DNA of 62,534 bases, counting the filler, from Limisphaerales bacterium (GTDB lineage: Bacteria; Verrucomicrobiota; Verrucomicrobiia; Limisphaerales; SIBE01), in assembly GCA_044225505.1 (NCBI GenBank). It is 9 parts of 9 records of this genome, joined end to end, with 100 filler letters (N's around TTAATTAATTAA, not from the genome) between each part and the next. Parts side by side here need not be neighbours in the genome. Positions count along the whole stretch, not along the records: positions 24,446 to 55,580 come from JBGAIN010000094.1; 8 more parts are not named here. One strand, 5' to 3'. The notes under the pieces are model-generated. The model ran no database searches. It saw only the letters and a list, made by a program, of their open reading frames with translations, and had not been told where the DNA came from. The position numbers were made by a program, and so were the translations under genes. How positions within the stretch are numbered: position 1 is the stretch's first letter; each line of letters begins with the position of its first letter. Shown here piece by piece: positions 31,325 to 40,707 of the stretch.

Positions 31325-32581
31325 TTATGGGGAATCAGGGCGACGCACTCGAGGTAGTTCAATCCAAAAAGTGCTGCCTTTCCCTGGCGAGGATTCCAAG
31401 CCGACTTGGCCGCGCATCCGTTCGACCGCGCGGCGAACGATGGCTAGGCCAATCCCAGTTCCAGCGTAGGAATCCTGGGAGTGCAGCCGAACGAACATTT
31501 CGAAAATCTTGTCGTGGCTGCTGGGCGGAATGCCCAACCCATTATCGCGCACAGAGATTCTGGCCATCTCGCCCCGTTCTTCCGCGACAATCCGGATCGC
31601 GGGCGCGGTGCCGACGGGTATGTATTTAAGAGCGTTCCCAATGAGGTTGATAAGCACCTGCAAAAGCAACGCCGGGCTGCCAAGCACTTGGTCCACCCGA
31701 ACTTCGGTGACGATCGTTCCTTGCTTTGCCGCGCGGTCTGATTCGATCATCGCCAAGGCTTCTTTGATGATCAGATCCGTTGAGATCGGTTGTAGGTCGA
31801 CGTCCGTCCGGCTGACCGCAGTGTACTGCAACAGATCGCGCAACAGAGCTTCGGCTTTGCGCGACGCAGAGACGATCCGGCCTACCAGCGCTTGTCCGGT
31901 CGCATCCAGATGGGCGCTGTGTTCCTCACGGAGGATCTCGCAGAATCCGACGACGGCGCGAGCTGGGGCTTTCAGGTCGTGAGCAATGGAGTGCGCGAAC
32001 ATTTCCAGATCGCGATTGGCTGCTTCAAGCTCCGCTTTCTGTTTCGCGAGGCCCTTGTTTGCCTGGGCCAGTCTCTCATGCGCCAGTTCGAGTTGGAGTC
32101 GCTGTTCCTCGGCGGCTTTGACACGGGCAATGGCACCGAAGACTTTCGGCACCAAGGGAAACAACGCCACGGCAGTGACCGCCGAAGCAATCGCAGTCAC
32201 GCCTTTCACATATCCTGCCAACCAATAAAGCGGCTGCCAAACCGTGAGCACCTCCATGAAATGGGTGAACCCACAAGAGATAATGAACGTACCAAATGCC
32301 AGGAAGACCCAGTGAAAGGGAATGTCCTTACTTGCACGGTAAACTAGATAACCCAAGGTAGAGGCAATGGCGACATAGGAAAAGCCGATGACCAGATCGG
32401 TCGTCACGTGGAGCCAAATGATTCCGGGATCGCGCAGGTAACACGTGGCGTGCGGCATAAAGGAACCCGGGTCGAGCATGTTCCGCACAAACTGGGGAAA
32501 CATCCACGATAGCAAGATGATTACGCCCGCGATCAGGCTGCTATACCGAAGTAGCGGCCTCCTCAAAAACTGGTCTATCAC
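31325..32581 (-). CDS. Sensor histidine kinase with ethylene-receptor-like TM binding domain
   Basis: TDLVIGFSYVAI...FIISCGFTH...YVKGVTA; HisKA SIAHDLKAP; HATPase NLIGNALKY, DNGLGI and GTGIGL. Confidence 0.88.
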   Translation of the reverse strand: MIDQFLRRPLLRYSSLIAGVIILLSWMFPQFVRNMLDPGSFMPHATCYLRDPGIIWLHVTTDLVIGFSYVAIASTLGYLVYRASKDIPFHWVFLAFGTFIISCGFTHFMEVLTVWQPLYWLAGYVKGVTAIASAVTAVALFPLVPKVFGAIARVKAAEEQRLQLELAHERLAQANKGLAKQKAELEAANRDLEMFAHSIAHDLKAPARAVVGFCEILREEHSAHLDATGQALVGRIVSASRKAEALLRDLLQYTAVSRTDVDLQPISTDLIIKEALAMIESDRAAKQGTIVTEVRVDQVLGSPALLLQVLINLIGNALKYIPVGTAPAIRIVAEERGEMARISVRDNGLGIPPSSHDKIFEMFVRLHSQDSYAGTGIGLAIVRRAVERMRGQVGLESSPGKGSTFWIELPRVRRPDSP

Positions 32582-32713
32582 ACAAGTATACAGAACTGGG
32601 ACTGTGTTTTCTCTTGGAACAGATGCGGTGGATGCTTAGCAGCTCGATCTCTGCCGCGCAAGGCATTCATGCGCGACCTCGACGGCCTTTTCTGCCATGT
32701 CGCGGCGCTCACT

Positions 32714-33554
32714 TCAAAGCGCTGCGTTTACCGAAGTCAGGCTTCGGCAAAGTCTCCGTGTGACCAACGCGCTCAGCGCGTGCCGGAGGTAGTCGATTCG
32801 AATGGCCGCGGCATCGTCCGTCAAGAACAACGCCGGCCAAGCTCCGGTGAACCCACCGCGGGCTTCGCCCGCTTCGACTTGGGCGCGAAGGACGAAACGG
32901 AGACCGATCTCGACAGCGCGGTCGATCCGGGGTCGATCGGGATGACTCAACGGCGAGATCTCACTTAACGCTTGAAGCCCTTCCAGCCGCGTCGAACTCG
33001 GAGTGATGCGACCTGTCAGATCGAAGGCGCCGTTCCAGCTTGGAACCCATGAAACCCAGCCTTGCTCTCGCAACATTATCATTCCAAGGGCGTGCGCATG
33101 AGATGCTAACTGAGCCTTCGAGATGCCTGGACAATCGCGGTCCGCGTGTTCACCACAGGCTTGAGTAGATAATGTTGGGCTAGAGCGTAAATCGCACCCG
33201 CATGACGCAGGACGTTGTAATGGGCTTGCCGCGTCGGCCGCGAGGTGGCGTTTGGTCGGTGCTGTTTGCTGGAGATGTGGATTCCGGCGAACCCATGCGG
33301 ACCAGATACTCAAATCGACCGTCGGAATCCAAGTGGTTTACGAAATACTCGGCCGCATGCGCCATGGCGGTCTCTTCGAGAGCCGCTGGCAAGCCGCTCT
33401 GTCGATCGAATCTACCGAGAGCAAGGCCGTAGACGATTAACAGAGTGATCAGGCCGGCAGGGACGCGTTTGACTACGCTCCGCGAGCTGGAACCTGGTGA
33501 ATTGACAGTTCCGTTATCAACATTGTCTTTCGCATCCTTGGAGGCGGCCCGCAT
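32714..33554 (-). pseudogene. Frameshifted, internally deleted alpha/alpha-barrel-like protein (YNxLRHAG / RIDxxxH family)
   Basis: Three frames hold consecutive pieces: DGRFEYL; HYNVLRHAGAIYAL...RRLS*; TPSSTRLEGL...IRIDYLRHALSAL. Confidence 0.65.
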
Positions 33555-34099
33555 TGGCTAAGACGATTCGCGAGTCTGACGCTCATTCCGTCAAATGTGG
33601 GCTGGAATGTCGGATCGTCCCCGGGGAGGATCCATACGTTTAGAGCGTGGGCTTTAGACCTCGAGATTTATGAAGCTTGGAAGGATCCGCTCTTTATGGG
33701 GATGGGCAGTGTTCGTGGGGATGATGATCCTTGCCTCGATTCCCTCCTTCACGGGCGACAGTGCCGTGGATTAACCCCGGATGGTGCATAATTAACGGAC
33801 AATTTGTTCTCGGAGTGTGAGACATTTTCCTATTCCCCAAACCTGGGAGGCCGCCCGCCGATGCGATTGCGGCTAAAGCCACTTCGCCGTTCTTCCGATA
33901 ACACGTTGGGAATATGTTTAGACATATCTTGTCTTGGGACGGCGCAAACGGCTTAACGCGAGTTAACATTCTGCATTTGAGTCCGTTACCACAGTTTTCA
34001 AGTCCCGGTGGCTTCGGGTCTCAAGGCGTGCCAAGAGCGGGCGGACGCTTCATTCAAGCGGCTTCGGTAGCCTAAACGAATCAGGGCAACAGACGTAAC

Positions 34100-36097
34100 A
34101 TGCAATCCTACGCATTCTTTTTAAACGCCGCGATCGATCCGCCCACTCCTGCTCAAGAAATGATCGGCGCGGCTGCGCTGACCTTCCAGGTCGCTGTGGC
34201 GGGGTACGCGCTTTGGCTAAACCGGATCTTCGGTGGGCGCCGTGCTGGGTGGGCGTTAGGGGGGGCATTTTCGCTGATGTTTCTGATGCACCTGAACGAG
34301 GCGTGGTCACCTCCCGTGACCGTGGCGGCGCTCGGCCTGAGGCCTGAACTCGCTTATCTCTTTATATCGCTTTTGCTCCTGCTCGGGTTGAGCCACCTAG
34401 CAACACTTTATCGGGAACGCCAGAGGGCCGAAGAAGAGATTCGCGCTGCGAATGATCAGTTAGATTTGCGCGTCCAGAACCGGACGGCAGAATTACTACG
34501 CGCCAACGAACAGCTTGCGGTTGAGGTCGAGAATCGGAAGAAGGCGGAATCCGAGATTCGTGCATCGCAGCAACTTTACCAAGGATTGGTTGACTCGCTG
34601 GACGGGATTATCTTTGAGTGTGAGACTTCGCACCTCGCGTTCACGTTTGTCAGCTCCCAGTGCCAGCGCCTGTTAGGCTATAGCGCCGCGGAATGGATGA
34701 GTGGAATTCGCTGGCGCGACATTATTCATCCGGAGGATTACAGCCTGTTTGCCGACAGCTGTGCTCGAGCGATCGCGGAACGAACGGCCAGTTCGGCGGA
34801 GTATCGGATTCGCCATCAGAGCGGTGATTACCGATGGGTCCGACACCTCGCTCGAGTTGTCTCGAACCGTGAACAGCAATCCAGTTTTTGCGGCGTGCTG
34901 TTGGATATGACGGAGCGGCGGCAGTTGGAAGAACAATTACATCACGCCCAAAAGATGGAAGCGGTTGGACGCTTGGCCGGCGGTGTCGCTCACGATTTCA
35001 ACAACATCTTAACCGTTATTCAAGGGTATGGCCAAATGTTGCTCGACATGGCGGAGTGGCAAACACAAACACCCAGTTACCTGAAGCTCATCTGCGGTGC
35101 TGCCACACGCGGCGAACATCTCGCCCGGCAATTATTGGCGTTTAGTCGGCGGCAAGCGATCCACGTCCAAGCGCTCGAACTTAATCAAGTGGTCGAAAGC
35201 ACTGCCCAGATGATCCGTGTCTTGCTCGGAGAGATGGTCGTGCTTCGTCAGGAACTGGCTGCCGAACTGCCGTCTGTCAAAGGAGACGGAGCACAGCTGG
35301 CCCAGGTGCTTATGAACCTGGCCGTGAATGCCCGGGATGCCATGCCCAATGGCGGCACGTTGACCATTCGAACCGAGCTGATTTCCTTCACGGAACGAGA
35401 ACAACAGTTTGACCCGAGTGTGCAGCTCGGAAGCTTCATCCGCCTGAGCGTCGCTGACACGGGCACGGGCATTCCAGACGATGTGCTCCCTCGCATTTTT
35501 GAACCATTCTTTACGACTAAAGACGTCGGTAAGGGCACCGGGTTAGGACTGTCAATCGTTTACGGCATCATTAAGCAGCACGGAGGCTGGGTCAAAGTTC
35601 AAAGCCAGGTCGGCCGAGGCACCTCGTTCCATCTCTACATACCGGTAACCATTGAAAAGGCGGCCCAGATCGAAGAACAAATGGGTTTTTCGCCCCGCCG
35701 TGGTAACAACGAGACCATCCTGTTGGTAGAAGACGAACCTGACGTGCTCAATATGGCAGCCTTGGTTTTGAAAGACTGCGGCTACCGCGTCCTGACGGCG
35801 GATTCAGGACCGGCCGCTCTCGATGTTTGGGCAAAGCATAGCGAAGAGATTTCAATGGTTGTTACCGACGTTGTCATGCCCGAAGGCATGTCCGGATGGC
35901 AACTCGTAAAGCAAATGCGGACCACGTGTCCTCAACTTAAGGCGTTGGTCACGAGCGGCTACACCAAAGATACGGAAGGTGACGACAATGTCACCTTTCT
36001 CACGAAACCGTATCAGCCGCGCACCCTGGCAAAGGCTGTCCAGCAGGCTCTCGAGGAGCCCGATCCGGTCCATGGTGAAATCGTTGAAGTGGCCTAA
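34100..36097 (+). CDS. Hybrid sensor kinase (TM-PAS-HisKA-HATPase-REC)
   Basis: [53 protein letters not shown]...TDVVMP receiver. Confidence 0.95.
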   Translation: MQSYAFFLNAAIDPPTPAQEMIGAAALTFQVAVAGYALWLNRIFGGRRAGWALGGAFSLMFLMHLNEAWSPPVTVAALGLRPELAYLFISLLLLLGLSHLATLYRERQRAEEEIRAANDQLDLRVQNRTAELLRANEQLAVEVENRKKAESEIRASQQLYQGLVDSLDGIIFECETSHLAFTFVSSQCQRLLGYSAAEWMSGIRWRDIIHPEDYSLFADSCARAIAERTASSAEYRIRHQSGDYRWVRHLARVVSNREQQSSFCGVLLDMTERRQLEEQLHHAQKMEAVGRLAGGVAHDFNNILTVIQGYGQMLLDMAEWQTQTPSYLKLICGAATRGEHLARQLLAFSRRQAIHVQALELNQVVESTAQMIRVLLGEMVVLRQELAAELPSVKGDGAQLAQVLMNLAVNARDAMPNGGTLTIRTELISFTEREQQFDPSVQLGSFIRLSVADTGTGIPDDVLPRIFEPFFTTKDVGKGTGLGLSIVYGIIKQHGGWVKVQSQVGRGTSFHLYIPVTIEKAAQIEEQMGFSPRRGNNETILLVEDEPDVLNMAALVLKDCGYRVLTADSGPAALDVWAKHSEEISMVVTDVVMPEGMSGWQLVKQMRTTCPQLKALVTSGYTKDTEGDDNVTFLTKPYQPRTLAKAVQQALEEPDPVHGEIVEVA

Positions 36098-36495
36098 ATT
36101 TCGGGGTCCGTCGCTGCGTTCGACTCGTCCGGCTCGAGGCACGCTTCCACGGTTCGCAGGAATTCGTGCCCATCGAAGGCCTTGGGCATGCACCGAAGCG
36201 CTCCTAGGCGCTTGGCGACTTCTAGCATTTGCAGTTCCCCTTGATATGCGCCCGCTGAAATCGCAATCACGCGAACGCTCGATTTGATCCGTTTCAGTTC
36301 TACAATGGTTTCGATGCCATCCTTCTCCGGCATGAAGAGATCCACAATCACCAGGTCTGGTTGTTCACGTTGGAAGCCGCGAACACCCTCCACTCCGTTC
36401 CGGGCTTCAATGACCGTATGACTGACTCGCTCGAGGAGAGCCCGCATGAAATACCGGAATGGCTCATCGTCGTCTACGATCAGGATTTTTGCCAT
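36094..36495 (-). CDS. Single-domain response regulator
   Basis: ILIVDDD, VDLFMPEKDG and IAISAG; convergent with the kinase, 4-bp overlap. Confidence 0.9.
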   Translation of the reverse strand: MAKILIVDDDEPFRYFMRALLERVSHTVIEARNGVEGVRGFQREQPDLVIVDLFMPEKDGIETIVELKRIKSSVRVIAISAGAYQGELQMLEVAKRLGALRCMPKAFDGHEFLRTVEACLEPDESNAATDPEI

Positions 36496-36822
36496 GGCTG
36501 TTAGCTGGATAAAAAACTAGGGGCGATACTACCTCCCAGCGGCTATAAGGCCTACGCCGATTTTGCTGATCTGAAAACCCTTTTTGTTTCAACCCGCGTT
36601 GTTGTATCGCAGCCGGTGCTTTACCCCTCCCATCGCGTGAAGCCAAAGATTGGGCCGGAACGATTGAACGCCATCTCGTTTAACGGGTCGAGATGAAGTG
36701 TTTACGAAGGTGTTGAAACGCGGATCGAAAGGTTGCACGCCCCGAAGCCGGCATCTTCGTGCTTCTTCGTGTTCGGAACGGTTAGGAATCCCCCTGAGGC
36801 TTTTTCGCAGACCTGCTGAAAG

Positions 36823-36897
36823 TGGCGACCCTATCGGGAATCGAACCCGAGCTACCGCCGTGAAAGGGCGGTGTCCTAACCGCTAGACGATAGGGTC
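36823..36897 (-). tRNA. tRNA-Glu (TTC)
   Basis: GACCCTA/TAGGGTC acceptor stem; D-arm GTCTAGCGGTTAGGAC; anticodon arm CCGCC-CTTTCAC-GGCGG; T-loop GGTTCGATTCC; encoded CCA. Confidence 0.97.
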
Positions 36898-36949
36898 GTC
36901 CAAAGACAGGTGAATATAGACAGGCCAAACCGATTGTCACGCGAATTTG

Positions 36950-37603
36950 TCAGGGTTTGGGAAACCCGATTGCCTGGGCAATCACGATTTTCTGGTCGGG
37001 GCGAAGCGACATCGCCTTTTCCAGGACGGACCGGTTAAGATCATGAACTACAGTTCCCAAGTCTTCGGAGGCGCAGAAGAGGTAGACATTTTGGCTGATG
37101 TAGCCAGTGTCTAGAGCGGAATAGAAATCTTTTTGCTCAGGCTTGGCTTTTGTCATGCGCCCGTAGTCAGCCACAAAGATTAGTGTCAGGGGGGCTTGTG
37201 TTGTGAACTCCTGGCTGCCAGTGACTGGACGAATATCGCCCGGACGCACCGAGCGTAGTCGATGCGACGGTGCGTCATAAAGGTACAGGCCGGCACTTGT
37301 GGCGACGTAGAGATCCACCTCCTGCGCGTTCATGGCGGACGGAGCGGTTCGATGACCACTGGAAGGTCGATTAATCCCAAAACTGGCCCACAATAAATTT
37401 GAGAGAAGTTGTGGAGGAAGTGGTTCGGGACGAAAATCCCGTGTCGTCCGTCTTAGTCTAAGAGTGTCCAGAAGGGGTTTACCTCCGGACAATGCGGGGG
37501 AAGGCAAGATCAAGTCGTCCGGGGGCTCCGCCGCGGCAGGCGAGAGAGGATGCAAAAGCAAAACCGACAAAAGGCCAGCCAGGAAGAACCGAATTTGTCT
37601 CAT
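36950..37603 (-). CDS. Nitroreductase family protein (SagB/ThcOx-like), with signal peptide
   Basis: LRLRRTTRDF; LSNLLWASFGINR; RTAPSAMN; DTGYISQNVYLFCAS. Confidence 0.9.
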   Translation of the reverse strand: MRQIRFFLAGLLSVLLLHPLSPAAAEPPDDLILPSPALSGGKPLLDTLRLRRTTRDFRPEPLPPQLLSNLLWASFGINRPSSGHRTAPSAMNAQEVDLYVATSAGLYLYDAPSHRLRSVRPGDIRPVTGSQEFTTQAPLTLIFVADYGRMTKAKPEQKDFYSALDTGYISQNVYLFCASEDLGTVVHDLNRSVLEKAMSLRPDQKIVIAQAIGFPKP

Positions 37604-37753
37604 AGCGTCAGGCCTTGAGTTTAGCAGCCTTCACCGTCGATGGAAAGTCCGGGGGGGGGCACTGGTCTACATCATCTTTGCGGAATATTTACGGCTTTGA
37701 AAATGGTTCTGACTTGCCAGGCAACGGCTCCGTGGCGAGGACCTGTCAGTCAC

Positions 37754-39511
37754 TCAGGGTATCTGCTGGACCTGCAATGACCCCAGGTCAAACCAGGCTT
37801 CGCCCTTATTACCGCGCAGTTCACAGATAAACTCCACGTCGGAATCTTCGTTTTCGACAGTGAAATCGTAGACAAATCGTGTCCATGGGCGGCTGCCAAC
37901 CCATTTCCGGGGAGCGTTGCCTTTTGAAACGCGCAAGGCCACGCCTCCGCGAGTGTCGCCTTCGTCAATCGTCACGTTCTCGAGTCGAACTCCTCCTGAA
38001 AACTGATACTGGCCGGGGGAAAGGACGGCGCGAGTGCGCCAGGAACTACTGCTCGTGCCCGCTTCACCTGTTTGGATGTTCAGGCAGTGCACTCCTTGGG
38101 TATCTTTGATTTGGGAAAGCCTTGGTTCGCCTGAACGGACCGTGGCGGGATTCCAGTCCTTCAACGGCAAGGTACCGTCGCGGTTCATGGTGGTGCGAAT
38201 CACCGGAATGCCAAATTGTCGTCGGAGTCCGTTCTCTCGGGCGACGATTCGGCGTTTGAGACTACTCGCCTGGCGCTGCATCAACGAGGCAATTCCAGGA
38301 TGCGATGGCGAGATCTCGGCGGTAACCTCGGACGTGATCTGATCGATGCGAGCGGTCATCCGATCGAGATTGAACACATTGGTGAAAAGTTGGGCTGCCC
38401 GCTCACGGTATCGTCTCTGTCCCTCGCGTGTCGCCAAGATCGCCCGCGCCACGTCGCCCGAGACCTGACCAGGCATAATGGGGGCATTAGGCTGGAATCC
38501 TCGTCCGACCCCGAACAGTTGATCCAAGCCGTGAGGGATAAAGACCATTTTCTTCGCGTCAAGATCGTGGAAGGTGCGCCAGTTGTTTCGATTCATGGTA
38601 TAACCATCCCAGTGCCCAAGCATCACTTCGATGGCCATCATGGAAAGAAAGCGATCCACGTCGAGGACTTGATCGAGGCGCGCAAATGTGGGACGCGGTT
38701 CGGAAAGGGCTGCGAGCAATGCTTGGAGGCCGGAATGATTATTTGGGTTGTCGCCACAATTGACCGACAAGGATCCGTCCACGTCCTGGCAAAAACCACC
38801 GTCGTAAAGGTTGCCTTTCGTGTTGGCGAAGTGGCCTTTCAAGAACTGTTTATTCGCACCTTCGAGCAGGACGTAGAGTCCGAGATCTCGGCCGTTTAAT
38901 TCCACGAGGGCGTGCGCGGCGCGTGGAACGGGAACACCCGCTTGCAGAAACATCTCGCGAGCGAACTTCTCGCAGAGGTAAGAGGGATCCTGCACTGAGT
39001 TATTAAGGGAAATCTTGCGGAGGCCGTGGAAGGTCTGGCCAGGGGCAAACGTGTCGAAGTTTAAGGTCAATGCTGGCCGGTCGTCGATTTGACGAAAGCT
39101 TCCCGCGGCGCCTTTGAGATGAACCGCGACGTTCGTGTAAACCTTGTCTCCTTCGCGAACAATAATCTTCGCGACGGGGCGTTTCTGGCCGTTTCCCCAA
39201 CCGCCCCGATGCAGGATGTTGATTCCGGCTCGAGGGATCTCAAGTTGGATCCGCGGCACGTGCCGATTTGTGAAAAGGTCATCTTGGGCTCCGGCCGGAG
39301 GATGGACGAAATTCGAGGCCGTTTTGGCTGGCGAAGGACGAGAGTCAGAATGTGATGCCGATTCGGTGGTTGAGGCAGGATCTGTAGCGTCAGCCGCAGG
39401 TTCCACGGTATCGGTCGTGGCCTCCGCTTGCCGACTCGACCGACCACAGCCCATTGGGACCATCCAAAGGGCTAGAATCAATACTATCCAAGTGTGGGGA
39501 GCGTTTCTCAT
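37754..39511 (-). CDS. CotH kinase family lipoprotein
   Basis: Lipobox-like PMGC; HLKGAAGSFR; LNNSVQDPSY; HWDGYTMNRNNW; FIPHGLDQ; C-terminal beta-sandwich. Confidence 0.9.
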   Translation of the reverse strand: MRNAPHTWIVLILALWMVPMGCGRSSRQAEATTDTVEPAADATDPASTTESASHSDSRPSPAKTASNFVHPPAGAQDDLFTNRHVPRIQLEIPRAGINILHRGGWGNGQKRPVAKIIVREGDKVYTNVAVHLKGAAGSFRQIDDRPALTLNFDTFAPGQTFHGLRKISLNNSVQDPSYLCEKFAREMFLQAGVPVPRAAHALVELNGRDLGLYVLLEGANKQFLKGHFANTKGNLYDGGFCQDVDGSLSVNCGDNPNNHSGLQALLAALSEPRPTFARLDQVLDVDRFLSMMAIEVMLGHWDGYTMNRNNWRTFHDLDAKKMVFIPHGLDQLFGVGRGFQPNAPIMPGQVSGDVARAILATREGQRRYRERAAQLFTNVFNLDRMTARIDQITSEVTAEISPSHPGIASLMQRQASSLKRRIVARENGLRRQFGIPVIRTTMNRDGTLPLKDWNPATVRSGEPRLSQIKDTQGVHCLNIQTGEAGTSSSSWRTRAVLSPGQYQFSGGVRLENVTIDEGDTRGGVALRVSKGNAPRKWVGSRPWTRFVYDFTVENEDSDVEFICELRGNKGEAWFDLGSLQVQQIP

Positions 39512-39806
39512 CGGGCGTCGGATTTCTCTGGTGGCATCGGGCGGTTATGGGAAAGCATCAAGAAAATCGGCAAACGCGAATCTCAAAGGCAGTTCTCGTG
39601 ACAAGCTTGCGGCCGGACGTTGCAGCGACGTGAGTCAATCGATCAGCTTGCTTTGGCGTAGGGCAGGTCATGTCTGAGGAGCGAGTCGAACACGTCGAGC
39701 GGGATGCGACCTTCGCATCACCCTCACAGGCCCTACGGATCTAATCGTCACCTGGTTGGCACGCTAAATTCTTTTACTCCCCAGGTCAAATCGGTAGGCT
39801 ACGGCT

Positions 39807-40109
39807 ATGAGTCAAACAAAACTGGGCCCGACCCTGAGTGTGGCAGAGAACGATAAACACGAGAGCCATTCTTTCTGGTTTGAGAACTATGAGTGTTCCT
39901 TGAAAGTGGATCGGCGCAAGGATGGCGAAGGATTAGCCGTGACGCTGAAAACGCCTGAAGCGAAGGTGGTCATTAATCTGGGCCCTAAGGACGCACCGCG
40001 CTTTGTCGCTCAGGTAAAACATGCCAAGGAGTGGAATTCCGGTTGCGAATGCGCGTCCGAAGTGACGAGCGAAGGAGTCAAACTGCGATTTGACTACGAA
40101 CCGATCTGA
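39807..40109 (+). CDS. Hypothetical protein
   Basis: 100-aa ATG ORF with protein-like composition, filling the gap between convergent genes. Confidence 0.6.
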   Translation: MSQTKLGPTLSVAENDKHESHSFWFENYECSLKVDRRKDGEGLAVTLKTPEAKVVINLGPKDAPRFVAQVKHAKEWNSGCECASEVTSEGVKLRFDYEPI

Positions 40110-40115
40110 TCGCTT

Positions 40116-40616
40116 TCACGGAGTTGCTAGCACGGGAGAGAAATGCTCGTGAACGATTTTCCATGTGCCCTGGTCATAGACCAAGACCAGGGTGCCGCGG
40201 GCATTTTTCGTGACTGAATTGGTGCTGACGTGGAATTGGTACTGCAAAATGAACGTTGCGATTCCGATCTTGCCGAACACGTCGATTTTTTCGTCGACAC
40301 GTTGGGTTGCTAAGCCCTCCACCGCCATCAGAGACCTGTGCTCGTCTTCTCGAGACGCTTCAGCATCGAGTCGGGCGGCCCGTTCCCCAGAAAACTTAGT
40401 GAACTTCGCGTCATAGAGATGGTATTGGTCCAAGCGCGTGAAGTCTTTCTGCGCAGCGGCGGCGAAGACCTCGTCCAGGACCATGTGAATGGCTCGTTCC
40501 GTCGAATTGACAGCGAAAGAGTGGCTGGGATGACGAGTGGAGGCGCATCCAATGGCCAACGCCACGATCCAACCGATGGACAGGAGTTTCAGGTCGGCAA
40601 GCCAGGTTGAGTCCAT
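40116..40616 (-). CDS. NTF2/SnoaL-like lipoprotein
   Basis: LAIGC lipobox; C-terminal GTLVLV...WKIVHEHFS. Confidence 0.8.
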   Translation of the reverse strand: MDSTWLADLKLLSIGWIVALAIGCASTRHPSHSFAVNSTERAIHMVLDEVFAAAAQKDFTRLDQYHLYDAKFTKFSGERAARLDAEASREDEHRSLMAVEGLATQRVDEKIDVFGKIGIATFILQYQFHVSTNSVTKNARGTLVLVYDQGTWKIVHEHFSPVLATP

Positions 40617-40707
40617 AAACTCATTCGGTTTCACAACACGATGCATGGATCGAGCGTGCCTTTCCGCCGGCAACGTGCTGACGGTCATGGCAAGGGCGCT
40701 GATCTGC

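Noticed and set aside
36823..36897. tRNA-Glu as an island integration site
   Set aside because: I saw no integrase and no duplicated tRNA 3' end on this contig.
36950..37603. SagB/ThcOx-like gene as evidence of a RiPP (azole) cluster
   Set aside because: Stand-alone nitroreductase with a signal peptide; no YcaO, precursor or other RiPP genes nearby.
37651..37659. G9 homopolymer as a phase-variation tract
   Set aside because: A single short intergenic run in a GC-rich genome, with no supporting context.
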